Position numbers and translations under genes: made by a program. Under the pieces are notes generated by a model, which saw only the letters and a list, made by a program, of their open reading frames with translations, made no database searches and was not told where the DNA came from. Shown in pieces: positions 21,160 through 29,156 of a DNA stretch of 64,000 nt (position 1 is its first letter; the number at the start of each line of letters is the position of its first letter). Source of the DNA: Escherichia coli (GTDB lineage: Bacteria > Pseudomonadota > Gammaproteobacteria > Enterobacterales > Enterobacteriaceae); assembly GCF_024223415.1 (NCBI RefSeq), contig NZ_CP100500.1. The stretch is one strand, 5' to 3'.

Positions 21160-21905
21160 TATTTACCCTCCCAACCAATCACCTGAAACAGCCCCATTTT
21201 CGGGTGATACCAGCGGGTACCGCGTGGCTCTGCCTCTGACATCATCTGATGAAATGCTTTCATGAACGGCTCAAGCTCCACGATAGCCCGGCGAGAAAGA
21301 AGACCATCTGGCGTCATAAATTCGTGCGTATCGGTTGGGATGCTGTAGGCATTGACCAGATTGCGGCACTTGGCATCAGTCATTCCGCTTTTGGCGACCA
21401 CCTGGCGATAACCGACATATCCGGCGCGCATATTTCCGCGTTTGATGTTCTCCACAGCTTTGGTGACCGTTTCGATCTTCTCTTCAACATGACTCAGGCG
21501 CTTCTGCTGGCGAACGGCATCGGCGGCCATTGCAGCGATCATCTCCATTTCCGTCAGCGGCGCGTGAGTTCGGAAATAGCTGTTAACCAGTTCGCGCTGA
21601 ACCTGCCATGCAAGAGTATCGTTAAAAGGCTTCGTCAACATCAGGTAACCAGACTCGAAAAGAATGATCCCTTTGGCAGTTCGCGCGGCAAAGGCATCAG
21701 AAAGTGACTCCGTACGTATTACGTCCGCAGTCATTTCAAGAAAATCCACCCCTTCGATAAAGTGAGAACGGTTGCGGTTAAACGCAGCACGGGCGGTACC
21801 TTCCGGGCGCTGGTGGACGTCATCAATCATTGCAAATGTCACAACACGCTGACCGCGATATTCGATTACCGGAAACTGTTTGTTGTTGATGGTTACAGTA
21901 TTCAT
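21159..21905 (-). CDS. ORF6N/KilA-N-like domain protein (antirepressor-like)
   Basis: Track ORF 21159..21980; start taken at MNTVTINNKQFPVIEYRGQRVVTFAMIDDV... with GGAG RBS; N-terminal region resembles the ORF6N/Bro-N DNA-binding fold. Confidence 0.5.
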   Translation of the reverse strand: MNTVTINNKQFPVIEYRGQRVVTFAMIDDVHQRPEGTARAAFNRNRSHFIEGVDFLEMTADVIRTESLSDAFAARTAKGIILFESGYLMLTKPFNDTLAWQVQRELVNSYFRTHAPLTEMEMIAAMAADAVRQQKRLSHVEEKIETVTKAVENIKRGNMRAGYVGYRQVVAKSGMTDAKCRNLVNAYSIPTDTHEFMTPDGLLSRRAIVELEPFMKAFHQMMSEAEPRGTRWYHPKMGLFQVIGWEGK

Positions 21906-21948
21906 TTTTATCTCCAGACAGCCCGGCGTGTAATACCGGGCATATGTA

Positions 21949-22776
21949 TTACTTAACCTGAATAAATGGTGTGTTGGCACCGCTGGTCATGTATTGCGGC
22001 AGTGTACCGTTCCACTTGTTGATGGCTTCCAGCTCCATAACGTTTGGGTTCTGGCGCAGAGCTTCACCGCGTAAACGAATAGCATCGGCTTCGGCCTGGG
22101 CTTTTGTGCGAATCGCATCTGCCTGTCCGGCAGCTTCCGCGCGCAACATGTTGGCTTCCGCTTCGCGCTGTTTTACTTCCTGCTCGCGTTGCAGGGTTTT
22201 CTGGTTGGCCGTGACTTTGGCATTAATGCTGTCGATAACGGTTGGCGGGTACTCCGGCTTACCCACATATGAGAGGCTCATTACCTGAATACCGATAGGT
22301 GTCATCTCTGCCTGAATGTCTTTAAGAGCTTCATCCAGCAGCTCAGACTTGCCGCCGTCGATAAATTTGTCAGTGGTCATTTTGCTGGCCAGTCGGTTGA
22401 GTGCGTCGGCGATCTTCTGGCGCAGGTCAGTGTCGGTAATGTCATCCACGCCTTTGCGGTAGGTCTGAAACACCGTGGTAACTTTGGATGGATCAACTTT
22501 GTAGGCCACGCCAATGTGATAGCCGATGGTTGTACCGTCACTCATCTGGAAACTGAACGGTTCATCGTAGGTCTTCATTTGTTTGAAGGTGGGGAAGATA
22601 TAAACTTCAGTATTCCAGCCAGTCCAGTAGCGACCAACACCGACCACCTCACCGACGCCTTTGTCGTCGCCCAGTTTATTTACCTTGATGCCAACATTAC
22701 CTGGTTCAACGCGATCGCAACCGACAAGGCCAATAGTCGGCAGAACAATGGCTAAAGCAAAAATAATTTTTTTCAT
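21949..22776 (-). CDS. SPFH/band-7 (prohibitin-like) domain lipoprotein
   Basis: MKKIIFALAIVLPTIGLVGC lipoprotein signal (lipobox LVGC); central SPFH-like domain and Ala/Glu/Gln-rich coiled coil (QREQEVKQREAEANMLRAEAAGQADAIR). Confidence 0.7.
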   Translation of the reverse strand: MKKIIFALAIVLPTIGLVGCDRVEPGNVGIKVNKLGDDKGVGEVVGVGRYWTGWNTEVYIFPTFKQMKTYDEPFSFQMSDGTTIGYHIGVAYKVDPSKVTTVFQTYRKGVDDITDTDLRQKIADALNRLASKMTTDKFIDGGKSELLDEALKDIQAEMTPIGIQVMSLSYVGKPEYPPTVIDSINAKVTANQKTLQREQEVKQREAEANMLRAEAAGQADAIRTKAQAEADAIRLRGEALRQNPNVMELEAINKWNGTLPQYMTSGANTPFIQVK

Positions 22777-22961
22777 CTTTTATCCTTAGTGAAAGAAAGA
22801 CCCTTGTAAATGGCATAAATGCAGGGCGGGGTCAGAAACGCCAGTGCAAAGCCAGAAATAACTGCTATCGTATCCTTCATGGATATAAGGAACGGAACGA
22901 TTAATCCGTAAATACATGTGATAATTGCCAGTGATATAACTATTCTGAAATAAATGTTCAT
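22773..22961 (-). CDS. small two-TM membrane protein (62 aa)
   Basis: MNIYFRIVISLAIITCIYGLIVPFLISMK...; its stop overlaps the start of the SPFH lipoprotein gene. Confidence 0.5.
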   Translation of the reverse strand: MNIYFRIVISLAIITCIYGLIVPFLISMKDTIAVISGFALAFLTPPCIYAIYKGLSFTKDKR

Positions 22962-23021
22962 GGTCCTCCTGATGTATTCGGCTTGCCTTATTTAATTGCG
23001 TCATAGTTAATTTCGTTTACG

Positions 23022-23267
23022 TCAGAATGGTTTTGTTGCCATCAGTTCGTAATATCCGGCGCTCCATGTGTCATATTTTCTGAACCATTTTTCTGTATAC
23101 TGTTTCCTGGCGATGAGTCTGCGCAGTCGTCTGATTGTTCGCTGGTGTGCGCGGGTATACTCTGTGGTTGATTCTCCACGTTTCCATATCTCATTCCTGT
23201 TGAAGATAAAACGCTTGTCAGGATAGCGTTGTCGGAATCCTGAACGTTCAAAAGCGCGGGTGGTCAT
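23022..23267 (-). CDS. hypothetical basic protein (81 aa), possibly a gene remnant
   Basis: Arg/Lys-rich ORF; upstream 23270..23420 holds an out-of-frame fragment (MIDNRTASAIDQALQKHDTPVGPLFFVTRHGR...) across an A8/T8 tract. Confidence 0.3.
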   Translation of the reverse strand: MTTRAFERSGFRQRYPDKRFIFNRNEIWKRGESTTEYTRAHQRTIRRLRRLIARKQYTEKWFRKYDTWSAGYYELMATKPF

Positions 23268-23601
23268 AAAGAATGCCAGGTAACGAATTGCCGTTTTTCG
23301 AGTGAGGCATTTTTTTTGTTCTTCCGTGGCGTGTTACAAAAAATAACGGGCCGACGGGTGTATCATGTTTCTGTAATGCCTGGTCAATGGCGCTGGCGGT
23401 GCGGTTGTCGATCATTTCTTTATTTCTCCCGAATAACGTTCATGACTCATTACTTCCCAGTTCCGGCCGTCGTCTTTCGATAACAGCCGCCAGCGACGGT
23501 TAACCTTCAGACTGAGATATCCGGTGCGCTGTATCCGATGCGGAAATATCCGTCGGCATCGGTACAACAACAGGACCTGCAATGCCTGCCGGTGGATCCG
23601 C

Positions 23602-23817
23602 TCAGGAATGCGTGTTGCTGTTAATGCCACCGGTTTCCTCCTGAGCAGGTGCTGTTATCTGATACCCCGCTCTTTCTGCCAGCCGTATGAATGTATCCAT
23701 GCTGGCAATCAGCTCGCCATCGCGGACTTTGCAGACACCTGTGACTTGGCCATTTTCAATTGTCATAACGATCTGCACTTTTTCGCGCACAACAGATACA
23801 GGGGATAAATTAGCCAT
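23602..23817 (-). CDS. hypothetical phage protein (71 aa)
   Basis: Start overlaps the upstream gene stop (ATGA). Confidence 0.35.
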   Translation of the reverse strand: MANLSPVSVVREKVQIVMTIENGQVTGVCKVRDGELIASMDTFIRLAERAGYQITAPAQEETGGINSNTHS

Positions 23818-24176
23818 CAGTTAATTCCTCCACTGGTATATTTTTCTTTTTCGTAATCAACAACCTCTTTTAAAAGGTTGTCTACAATTAACTTCCCCGA
23901 TTCAGTTAGATACTCAGTGTGTTGATTAATATTGATGGCATTGCGGTATGCGGCAAGTATTGCGGTCTCGCCATCCGTCCGTCCAAATTCAACACGGGTA
24001 AGACCTTCAAATCGTAATAACAGTTGTGTCATGAAGTGTTCCGTAATTTCGATGGTAGTTAACCCTCCGTCAGGAAGATTTACGATGAGAAGATTTCCTC
24101 CTGTTTTACGTTGCATCCGCTGTAATGCTGTTGTGACTATGCGGTGACGATATTTACCAATGATTTCATATGCCAT
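23817..24176 (-). CDS. hypothetical phage protein (119 aa)
   Basis: MAYEIIGKYRHRIVTTALQRMQRK...; no family recognised. Confidence 0.45.
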   Translation of the reverse strand: MAYEIIGKYRHRIVTTALQRMQRKTGGNLLIVNLPDGGLTTIEITEHFMTQLLLRFEGLTRVEFGRTDGETAILAAYRNAININQHTEYLTESGKLIVDNLLKEVVDYEKEKYTSGGIN

Positions 24177-24179
24177 TTG

Positions 24180-24278
24180 TTATTTCCCGTATGCTTTCCT
24201 AAGAAACAGTATTGCAACTGACCAGTATCCTGCATTAGCCATTAATAAGGCGGTTTTATAAGCGCTTCTATTTTTCAT
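24180..24278 (-). CDS. candidate 32-aa hydrophobic peptide
   Basis: MKNRSAYKTALLMANAGYWSVAILFLRKAYGK with GGTGA upstream; below the track cutoff. Confidence 0.3.
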   Translation of the reverse strand: MKNRSAYKTALLMANAGYWSVAILFLRKAYGK

Positions 24279-24360
24279 GTATCACCATTATTTTCTGGTT
24301 GTGAAAACTCCCGACCAGAGGCCGTCATGTTTTTATGTGTGATTTTTTATTGAGTATTCT

Positions 24361-24552
24361 TTATTCGTTACGTAGTGTTTCTATATACTCGTAAGCCATT
24401 TCACAGGTCTTATTCATGGACCTGATGAGACAACATAAATAATCGTCTAACTCTCCTGAGTCGGGCGAATTCTTAAATATAAATTCAAGCATTGATGTAT
24501 TCTCTTTTATTTGTGCCGCCACTTCCTCAAGAATATTTAATGGAGTTTTCAT
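24361..24552 (-). CDS. small acidic helical protein (63 aa), third gene of the module downstream of cI
   Basis: MKTPLNILEEVAAQIKENTSMLEF...; AAGGAG RBS; start overlaps the upstream stop (ATGA). Confidence 0.5.
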   Translation of the reverse strand: MKTPLNILEEVAAQIKENTSMLEFIFKNSPDSGELDDYLCCLIRSMNKTCEMAYEYIETLRNE

Positions 24553-24740
24553 GTTCTTTGCTCCTTTAATGTGTCTCTGGCGCTTCTGGCGTATTGTTGT
24601 GCAAGTAAAAAGATGTCATCCGAAAGTTCATCACATTCTTCATCACCTGAAGCCGAAATGATTAACCCCGCTTCAAGCAGTACGGCAATGTGATGAAAAG
24701 CTGTTTCCGGTTCGTTGGTGAGGCCTTTGAACATTTTCAT
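24549..24740 (-). CDS. small protein (62 aa) paralogous to the N-terminal domain of the adjacent HTH regulator
   Basis: MKMFKGLTNEPETAFHHIAVLLEAGLIISASGDEECDELSDDIFLLAQQYARSA aligns with residues ~8-60 of the 139-aa protein; AGGAGG RBS 9 nt upstream. Confidence 0.55.
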   Translation of the reverse strand: MKMFKGLTNEPETAFHHIAVLLEAGLIISASGDEECDELSDDIFLLAQQYARSARDTLKEQRT

Positions 24741-24741
24741 T

Positions 24742-25161
24742 TTATGCTTCCTCCTGATTTTGTTTATAAGCACCAGTCAGTAACCACATCGGATCACAGC
24801 CAAGAACATTAGCCAGAGGAATAATCTGGCTTGCCAGAGGCTCCCTCTTGCCACTTTCCCACTGGATGATAATTTCTTCATCGAGATTGAGCAGCCTGGC
24901 GAGTTCGGCGGTTGTTAAGCCGCAGTCTTCGCGTTGGGTGCGAATCCGATTCTGGGAATTAATAGCTAAATTTTGTTTGCATAAACGTGACGCGGTGAGG
25001 CTATATTTTTGAGTTACAGCCAGGATGGAGCTGGCAAGTTCAATTAACTCAGGGTTATTGCTGCTATACAGTAGTGCACCAGCCCCTACTAAGAGCTGAA
25101 TATTCTCAAGAGCATCGTGCTGATTTGTTGGTAACCCCATATACGATGACATTTTTCTCAT
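24742..25161 (-). CDS. XRE-family HTH regulator with an N-terminal helical domain (139 aa)
   Basis: C-terminal HTH CGLTTAELARLLNLDEEIIIQWESGKREPL; first gene after the promoter downstream of cI; GAGG RBS. Confidence 0.6.
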   Translation of the reverse strand: MRKMSSYMGLPTNQHDALENIQLLVGAGALLYSSNNPELIELASSILAVTQKYSLTASRLCKQNLAINSQNRIRTQREDCGLTTAELARLLNLDEEIIIQWESGKREPLASQIIPLANVLGCDPMWLLTGAYKQNQEEA

Positions 25162-25198
25162 CCTCTATAATTGCTTTGGTGAGTTCGATACCTATGTC

Positions 25199-25235
25199 AA
25201 GATAATAGGTTTACCGATTTCACCTGTCAATCGGT
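25199..25235 (-). promoter_or_regulatory. strong sigma70-type leftward promoter (pL-like) with overlapping inverted repeat
   Basis: Minus strand reads TTGACA-17 bp-TATTAT; inverted repeat ACCGAT(n11)ATCGGT overlaps the -35; TTATCG half-sites resemble the OR palindrome. Confidence 0.5.
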
Positions 25236-25250
25236 TTATCGATTTTTTCC

Positions 25251-25280
25251 AAAAAAAAGCCCACTTAAGAGTGGGCGGGT
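25251..25280 (-). terminator. rho-independent terminator downstream of cI
   Basis: Minus strand hairpin GCCCAC-tcttaa-GTGGGC followed by T8, 15 bp past the cI stop. Confidence 0.55.
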
Positions 25281-25294
25281 TAAATGATTTTTGC

Positions 25295-25987
25295 TTATGC
25301 AAAACGGTGTAGTGTCATAGGCCAACTGACAATTACTTTTCCGTCAATGTGAAGTTGTTCGAAGTCTTCCGGTTCGATAGCCCAATCCTTGTAAGCTGGG
25401 TTGTCAGATATCACCGTTAGAGTATCTTTGATTTTTTGAAGTCTTTTGATGTGCGATGTTCCAGAGTATGTAAAGGCGTATATACCATCACCATTAAATG
25501 TGCGAACTGATACATCTACAAATACCAAGTCTTCAGGGTCTATTGTGCCTTTCATACTGTCGCCGTGGGCGTTTATTGCTTTGATTGCTGATGCTGGTCT
25601 GCCGCCAAAAACTCTTGATGCGTATCCTGGCTCTATCGCTATAGATCTGACAATGTCAGGAAAATCAGAGTTATAACTACCAGGTCCGCAACTATATCTG
25701 ATGTCTAAAACATCCACGACATACGAATCAGTAACCCAATCTTCAGAAATGTTACGTATTTGGTGTGAGTCTGCAGAGGTCACGATTTCCATTGGGCCAA
25801 CACCCGATGCGAGCCATTCCGGGTTAACGCCCAAAACTTTTGCTATTTCGACTGTTTTTCTGGAACCGTTGGCTTTGTTAAGTAGTTGGTTAACACTGGA
25901 CTGAGCCATACCCACTTCTTTGGCCAGCCTACCTTGCGTAAATTTTGCGTTGCGCATAGCTAAATCAAGTCGTTCTGAAAATGTCAT
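25295..25987 (-). CDS. cI: CI-like repressor (HTH + S24 LexA-type peptidase domain)
   Basis: N-terminal HTH (FTQGRLAKEVGMAQSSVNQL) and C-terminal S24 autocleavage domain (AHGDSMKG...IKRL); divergent from the cro-like gene. Confidence 0.85.
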   Translation of the reverse strand: MTFSERLDLAMRNAKFTQGRLAKEVGMAQSSVNQLLNKANGSRKTVEIAKVLGVNPEWLASGVGPMEIVTSADSHQIRNISEDWVTDSYVVDVLDIRYSCGPGSYNSDFPDIVRSIAIEPGYASRVFGGRPASAIKAINAHGDSMKGTIDPEDLVFVDVSVRTFNGDGIYAFTYSGTSHIKRLQKIKDTLTVISDNPAYKDWAIEPEDFEQLHIDGKVIVSWPMTLHRFA

Positions 25988-26019
25988 TGCGATTTTCCTC
26001 CCCTCTCTATCTTGGCTAG

Positions 26020-26039
26020 TTTATCGGCTTTCCGATAAA
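26020..26039. promoter_or_regulatory. operator-like palindrome in the cI/cro intergenic region
   Basis: TTTATCGG-cttt-CCGATAAA perfect inverted repeat. Confidence 0.5.
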
Positions 26040-26055
26040 TATTCTAGGTTTAACG

Positions 26056-26084
26056 TTGAATATCGCTTTTCCTGTTGTTATTAT
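26056..26084 (+). promoter_or_regulatory. pR-like promoter
   Basis: TTGAAT-17 bp-TATTAT followed by AGGAGA RBS and the cro-like ATG at 26107. Confidence 0.45.
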
Positions 26085-26106
26085 GCGTTCAATAGGAGAT
26101 GCGATT

Positions 26107-26394
26107 ATGAAACATAAAGCCATAGAGAAAGCTATTGAGATTCTTGGAAGTCAGCAAGCCTTAGCCAAGCGATGCGGAAAGGCCCAGTCAACAGTCTGCG
26201 ATTGGTTGAACTGCAAGAACAAGATTTCACCAGAATTTGTGCCGTTATTGGTTGCAGCTGTCGACGGAAAGATCCAAGCGTATGAATTTCGTCCAGACCT
26301 ACCAGAGCTTTTTCCACATCCAAGCTTAGCGCGCACGGGGGAGGTGAAGGGCTTGTATGTCCCAGAATTACGTTCAGACAGAGATGCCATCTAG
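26107..26394 (+). CDS. Cro-like HTH regulator
   Basis: MKHKAIEKAIEILGSQQALAKRCGKAQSTVCDWLN... HTH; divergent from cI; track ORF 26056..26394 starts at an upstream alternative codon. Confidence 0.65.
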   Translation: MKHKAIEKAIEILGSQQALAKRCGKAQSTVCDWLNCKNKISPEFVPLLVAAVDGKIQAYEFRPDLPELFPHPSLARTGEVKGLYVPELRSDRDAI

Positions 26395-26650
26395 GTACTG
26401 CCAGGCAGACGAAGAGTGGATTCAGCAGCAGTTACAGAGGCTGCCTCCGTCACTGAGACGGAAGGTCGCCCTGAAATATGCGGAGGTATACGAAATCACT
26501 TTTGACGCTGAGCCTGTTTCATTCCGCAAGGAGAACAGAGCAAGGCACGAAGCAAACACAAGGCTCCGCCTGTTCGTGAGAAATCAGGGCAGAGCTTTAC
26601 AGGGGTATACAACTCAGCCGCCCCTGGCAGGAACGCAATCGCGCTCCTGA
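26357..26650 (+). CDS. hypothetical protein at the cII position
   Basis: 97-aa ORF overlapping the cro-like 3' end; start uncertain. Confidence 0.35.
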   Translation: MSQNYVQTEMPSRYCQADEEWIQQQLQRLPPSLRRKVALKYAEVYEITFDAEPVSFRKENRARHEANTRLRLFVRNQGRALQGYTTQPPLAGTQSRS

Positions 26651-26906
26651 TTGGTACCGGGCTTAAAGGTGTCCGGTGGCTGATTGAAAATGGTAAAAAT
26701 ATTTAGACGTCTATATGTCTGGATGTATTTACCACCCCCTAAATGTTTATGGGGGAAAGGGGGCGGTGTTGATCTTTTAGCGCGAAGCGCTGGAACAGGC
26801 TTTTCCAAGAAGACGGGTACATAGGTTAGGTAGATCTCTGTATAGGGAAATACCAGAAGACGCTCAGATGTTTAGACGTCCAGCCGTAAAGATTGGAGGT
26901 GATTTT

Positions 26907-27500
26907 ATGGTTAACAATTTTGCTGATGAAAAATGGATTCCGGTTCCTGTTGCTCCTTACGGCAACGCTTACCTCGTTAGTTCGGCTGGACGCATTCGCG
27001 GTGTTAATCGTGTAGCTGAATCAGAATTTTTTATTCGTCAAATCCGTGGAGTGATCCTCAAAGGGAGGGTGCGTCGGGATGGATATAAGACCGTTAACCT
27101 GAGCTACAAACGAAATCGTCAAACATTTGCCATTCATCGCCTGGTAGCGCTGGCTTTTTGCGACAACCCACACAATCACACTGAGGTTAATCACAAAGAC
27201 GGCAACAAACTAAATAACCACGCATCCAATCTGGAGTGGGTTAGCCACAAAGAAAATATTCAGCACTCAATTCTTACAGGACTCAATAAATCGCAGGGGG
27301 CTGACAACAAGCAATTTAAGGGCCTAATTGTCGCTACAAATCTTTCGACCGGGGAGGAGCAAACTTTTTGCGGGAAAAAGGCGCTAATTAGTGCTGGGTT
27401 TGATCACGGTAGTGTTTATGCGGTTATTGCTGGAAGAGTAAAGTCTCATCGTGGCCACTATTTCAAGCGCCTCCCACTGAACCATGAGGAGGCAGCTTAA
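26907..27500 (+). CDS. HNH endonuclease
   Basis: Start MVNNFADEKWIPV... with GGAGGTG RBS; HNH core EVNHKDGNKLNNHASNLEWVSHKEN. Confidence 0.7.
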   Translation: MVNNFADEKWIPVPVAPYGNAYLVSSAGRIRGVNRVAESEFFIRQIRGVILKGRVRRDGYKTVNLSYKRNRQTFAIHRLVALAFCDNPHNHTEVNHKDGNKLNNHASNLEWVSHKENIQHSILTGLNKSQGADNKQFKGLIVATNLSTGEEQTFCGKKALISAGFDHGSVYAVIAGRVKSHRGHYFKRLPLNHEEAA

Positions 27501-29155
27501 TGCTGAATATTGAACCGAATTTTGCACAGGAGCGAGCGCTAAACATGTTGCGCCGTGACTGGAAGGCAAACGACACCTTCATGGTGTATTCGCCAACCGG
27601 TAGCGGTAAAACGGGTCTGGCAGCCTTCATAGTTGCTGGTTTTGTCAGCCGTGGTATGCGCGTTCTGTTCTGTGTTCCGTACACCATCCTGATTGGTCAG
27701 ACGGCTAATCGGTTCGTGCAGTATGGTTTACCTGGAGATGAAATCGGTTATATCTGGGCGGATCACCCTAACTACGATCCGGACCGGAAAATTCAGATTG
27801 CCAGCGCTGACACGCTTATTCGTCGTGTTTTTCCTGAAAATATCGATCTGCTGATTATCGACGAAGCGCACCTGCGTAAAAAACGCATCCTGAAGGATAT
27901 CGAACGTCTGCGCGGCAAAGGCGTAAAGGTGATTGGCCTGTCGGGTACTCCGTTTTCTCCGTTCCTGGGCAAATACTATGACCGACTGATTAAGCCGACC
28001 ACCATCGGCGAGTTAATCCAGCGTGGCGATCTGAGTAAATACGAATTTTACGCGCCAACTAAGCCGGATCTGAAAGGTGTTAAAACCACATCTTCGCTTG
28101 AGTACGGCCGCGATTACAACGAAACACAGCTGGCTGAAATCATGTGCGGCTCTACGCTGGTGGGCGACATCGTACAGAACTGGCTGGAGAATGGTCGGGA
28201 TCTACCTACCATCGCTTTCTGCGTCAACGTAGCTCACGCCAATTATCTGACAATCCAGTTTAACCTGGCGGCTGTTAACGCTGAGGTAATGACCGCCGAC
28301 ACTCCGGTAGATGAGCACCAGACCATCATTCACCGCTTTGAAACCGGTGCAACGAAAATCATCGTTAGTGTGGGCGTTCTGGTAGCCGGATTCGATAGTG
28401 ACGTTCGTTGCATCATCTACGCCAGACCAACAAAAAGCGAAATTCGCTGGTTGCAGGCACTCGGGCGTGGACTTCGCACCGCACCGGGTAAAGAGTCCTG
28501 CCTTATCTTCGATCACAGCGGCACCGTGCACCGTCTGGGTTATCCGGATTCAATCGAGTACGACGATCTTCCCGGTAAGTCTGACGGCATGGAGGAAAGC
28601 ACGCGCCGCGCAGTTGAGGAACGGGCCGAAAAATTGCCACATGAATGCCCTCAATGCCACTACATGAAGCCAGCTGGCGTCTATGTTTGCCCGAAATGTG
28701 GACACAAGCCGCTGCGAGGTGAAGACGTTGATACTGACACTAGCCGCAAACTTAATAAGCTGGGTAAAAATCAGCATCAGTCCACGAAGGCAGAGAAACA
28801 GGCCTGGTGGAGTCAGATCAAATTTTATCAGCGCCAGCGTGCCTCACTGGGGCGTCCAGTCAGTGATGGATGGTGCGCTCACACTTTCAGGGAGAAATTC
28901 GGTGAATGGCCTGATGGGTTGAGTAGTTTCCCGATGGAAATAAGCCCAGAGGTAAGTAACTACATCAGACACAAGCTGATCCGGTTTGCTAAAGGTCGTG
29001 AACGGACACGGAGGATGACGAAAAACTCATCCGAAGTGCTTTCTCTGCCACTGGTTGTTGGTGGCCGGTATGTTCCACCGGAAGAAAGTGAGGCTTGGCG
29101 CATTATGCAGGCAAAGCAACAACTCCAGAAAAATATAAACAGTCTGAGTCAGTAA
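27500..29155 (+). CDS. SF2 DEAD/DEAH-type helicase (phage replication)
   Basis: Walker A SPTGSGKT, DEAH-like IIDEAH, motif VI QALGRGLR; C-terminal Cys4 (CPQCH...CPKCGH). Confidence 0.8.
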   Translation: MLNIEPNFAQERALNMLRRDWKANDTFMVYSPTGSGKTGLAAFIVAGFVSRGMRVLFCVPYTILIGQTANRFVQYGLPGDEIGYIWADHPNYDPDRKIQIASADTLIRRVFPENIDLLIIDEAHLRKKRILKDIERLRGKGVKVIGLSGTPFSPFLGKYYDRLIKPTTIGELIQRGDLSKYEFYAPTKPDLKGVKTTSSLEYGRDYNETQLAEIMCGSTLVGDIVQNWLENGRDLPTIAFCVNVAHANYLTIQFNLAAVNAEVMTADTPVDEHQTIIHRFETGATKIIVSVGVLVAGFDSDVRCIIYARPTKSEIRWLQALGRGLRTAPGKESCLIFDHSGTVHRLGYPDSIEYDDLPGKSDGMEESTRRAVEERAEKLPHECPQCHYMKPAGVYVCPKCGHKPLRGEDVDTDTSRKLNKLGKNQHQSTKAEKQAWWSQIKFYQRQRASLGRPVSDGWCAHTFREKFGEWPDGLSSFPMEISPEVSNYIRHKLIRFAKGRERTRRMTKNSSEVLSLPLVVGGRYVPPEESEAWRIMQAKQQLQKNINSLSQ

Positions 29156-29156
29156 G

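Noticed and set aside
24742-25161. Considered whether the first gene transcribed from the pL-like promoter is an N-type antiterminator.
   Set aside because: The protein has a canonical XRE HTH and no arginine-rich N-terminal motif; no N homologue was recognised anywhere in the early-left operon.
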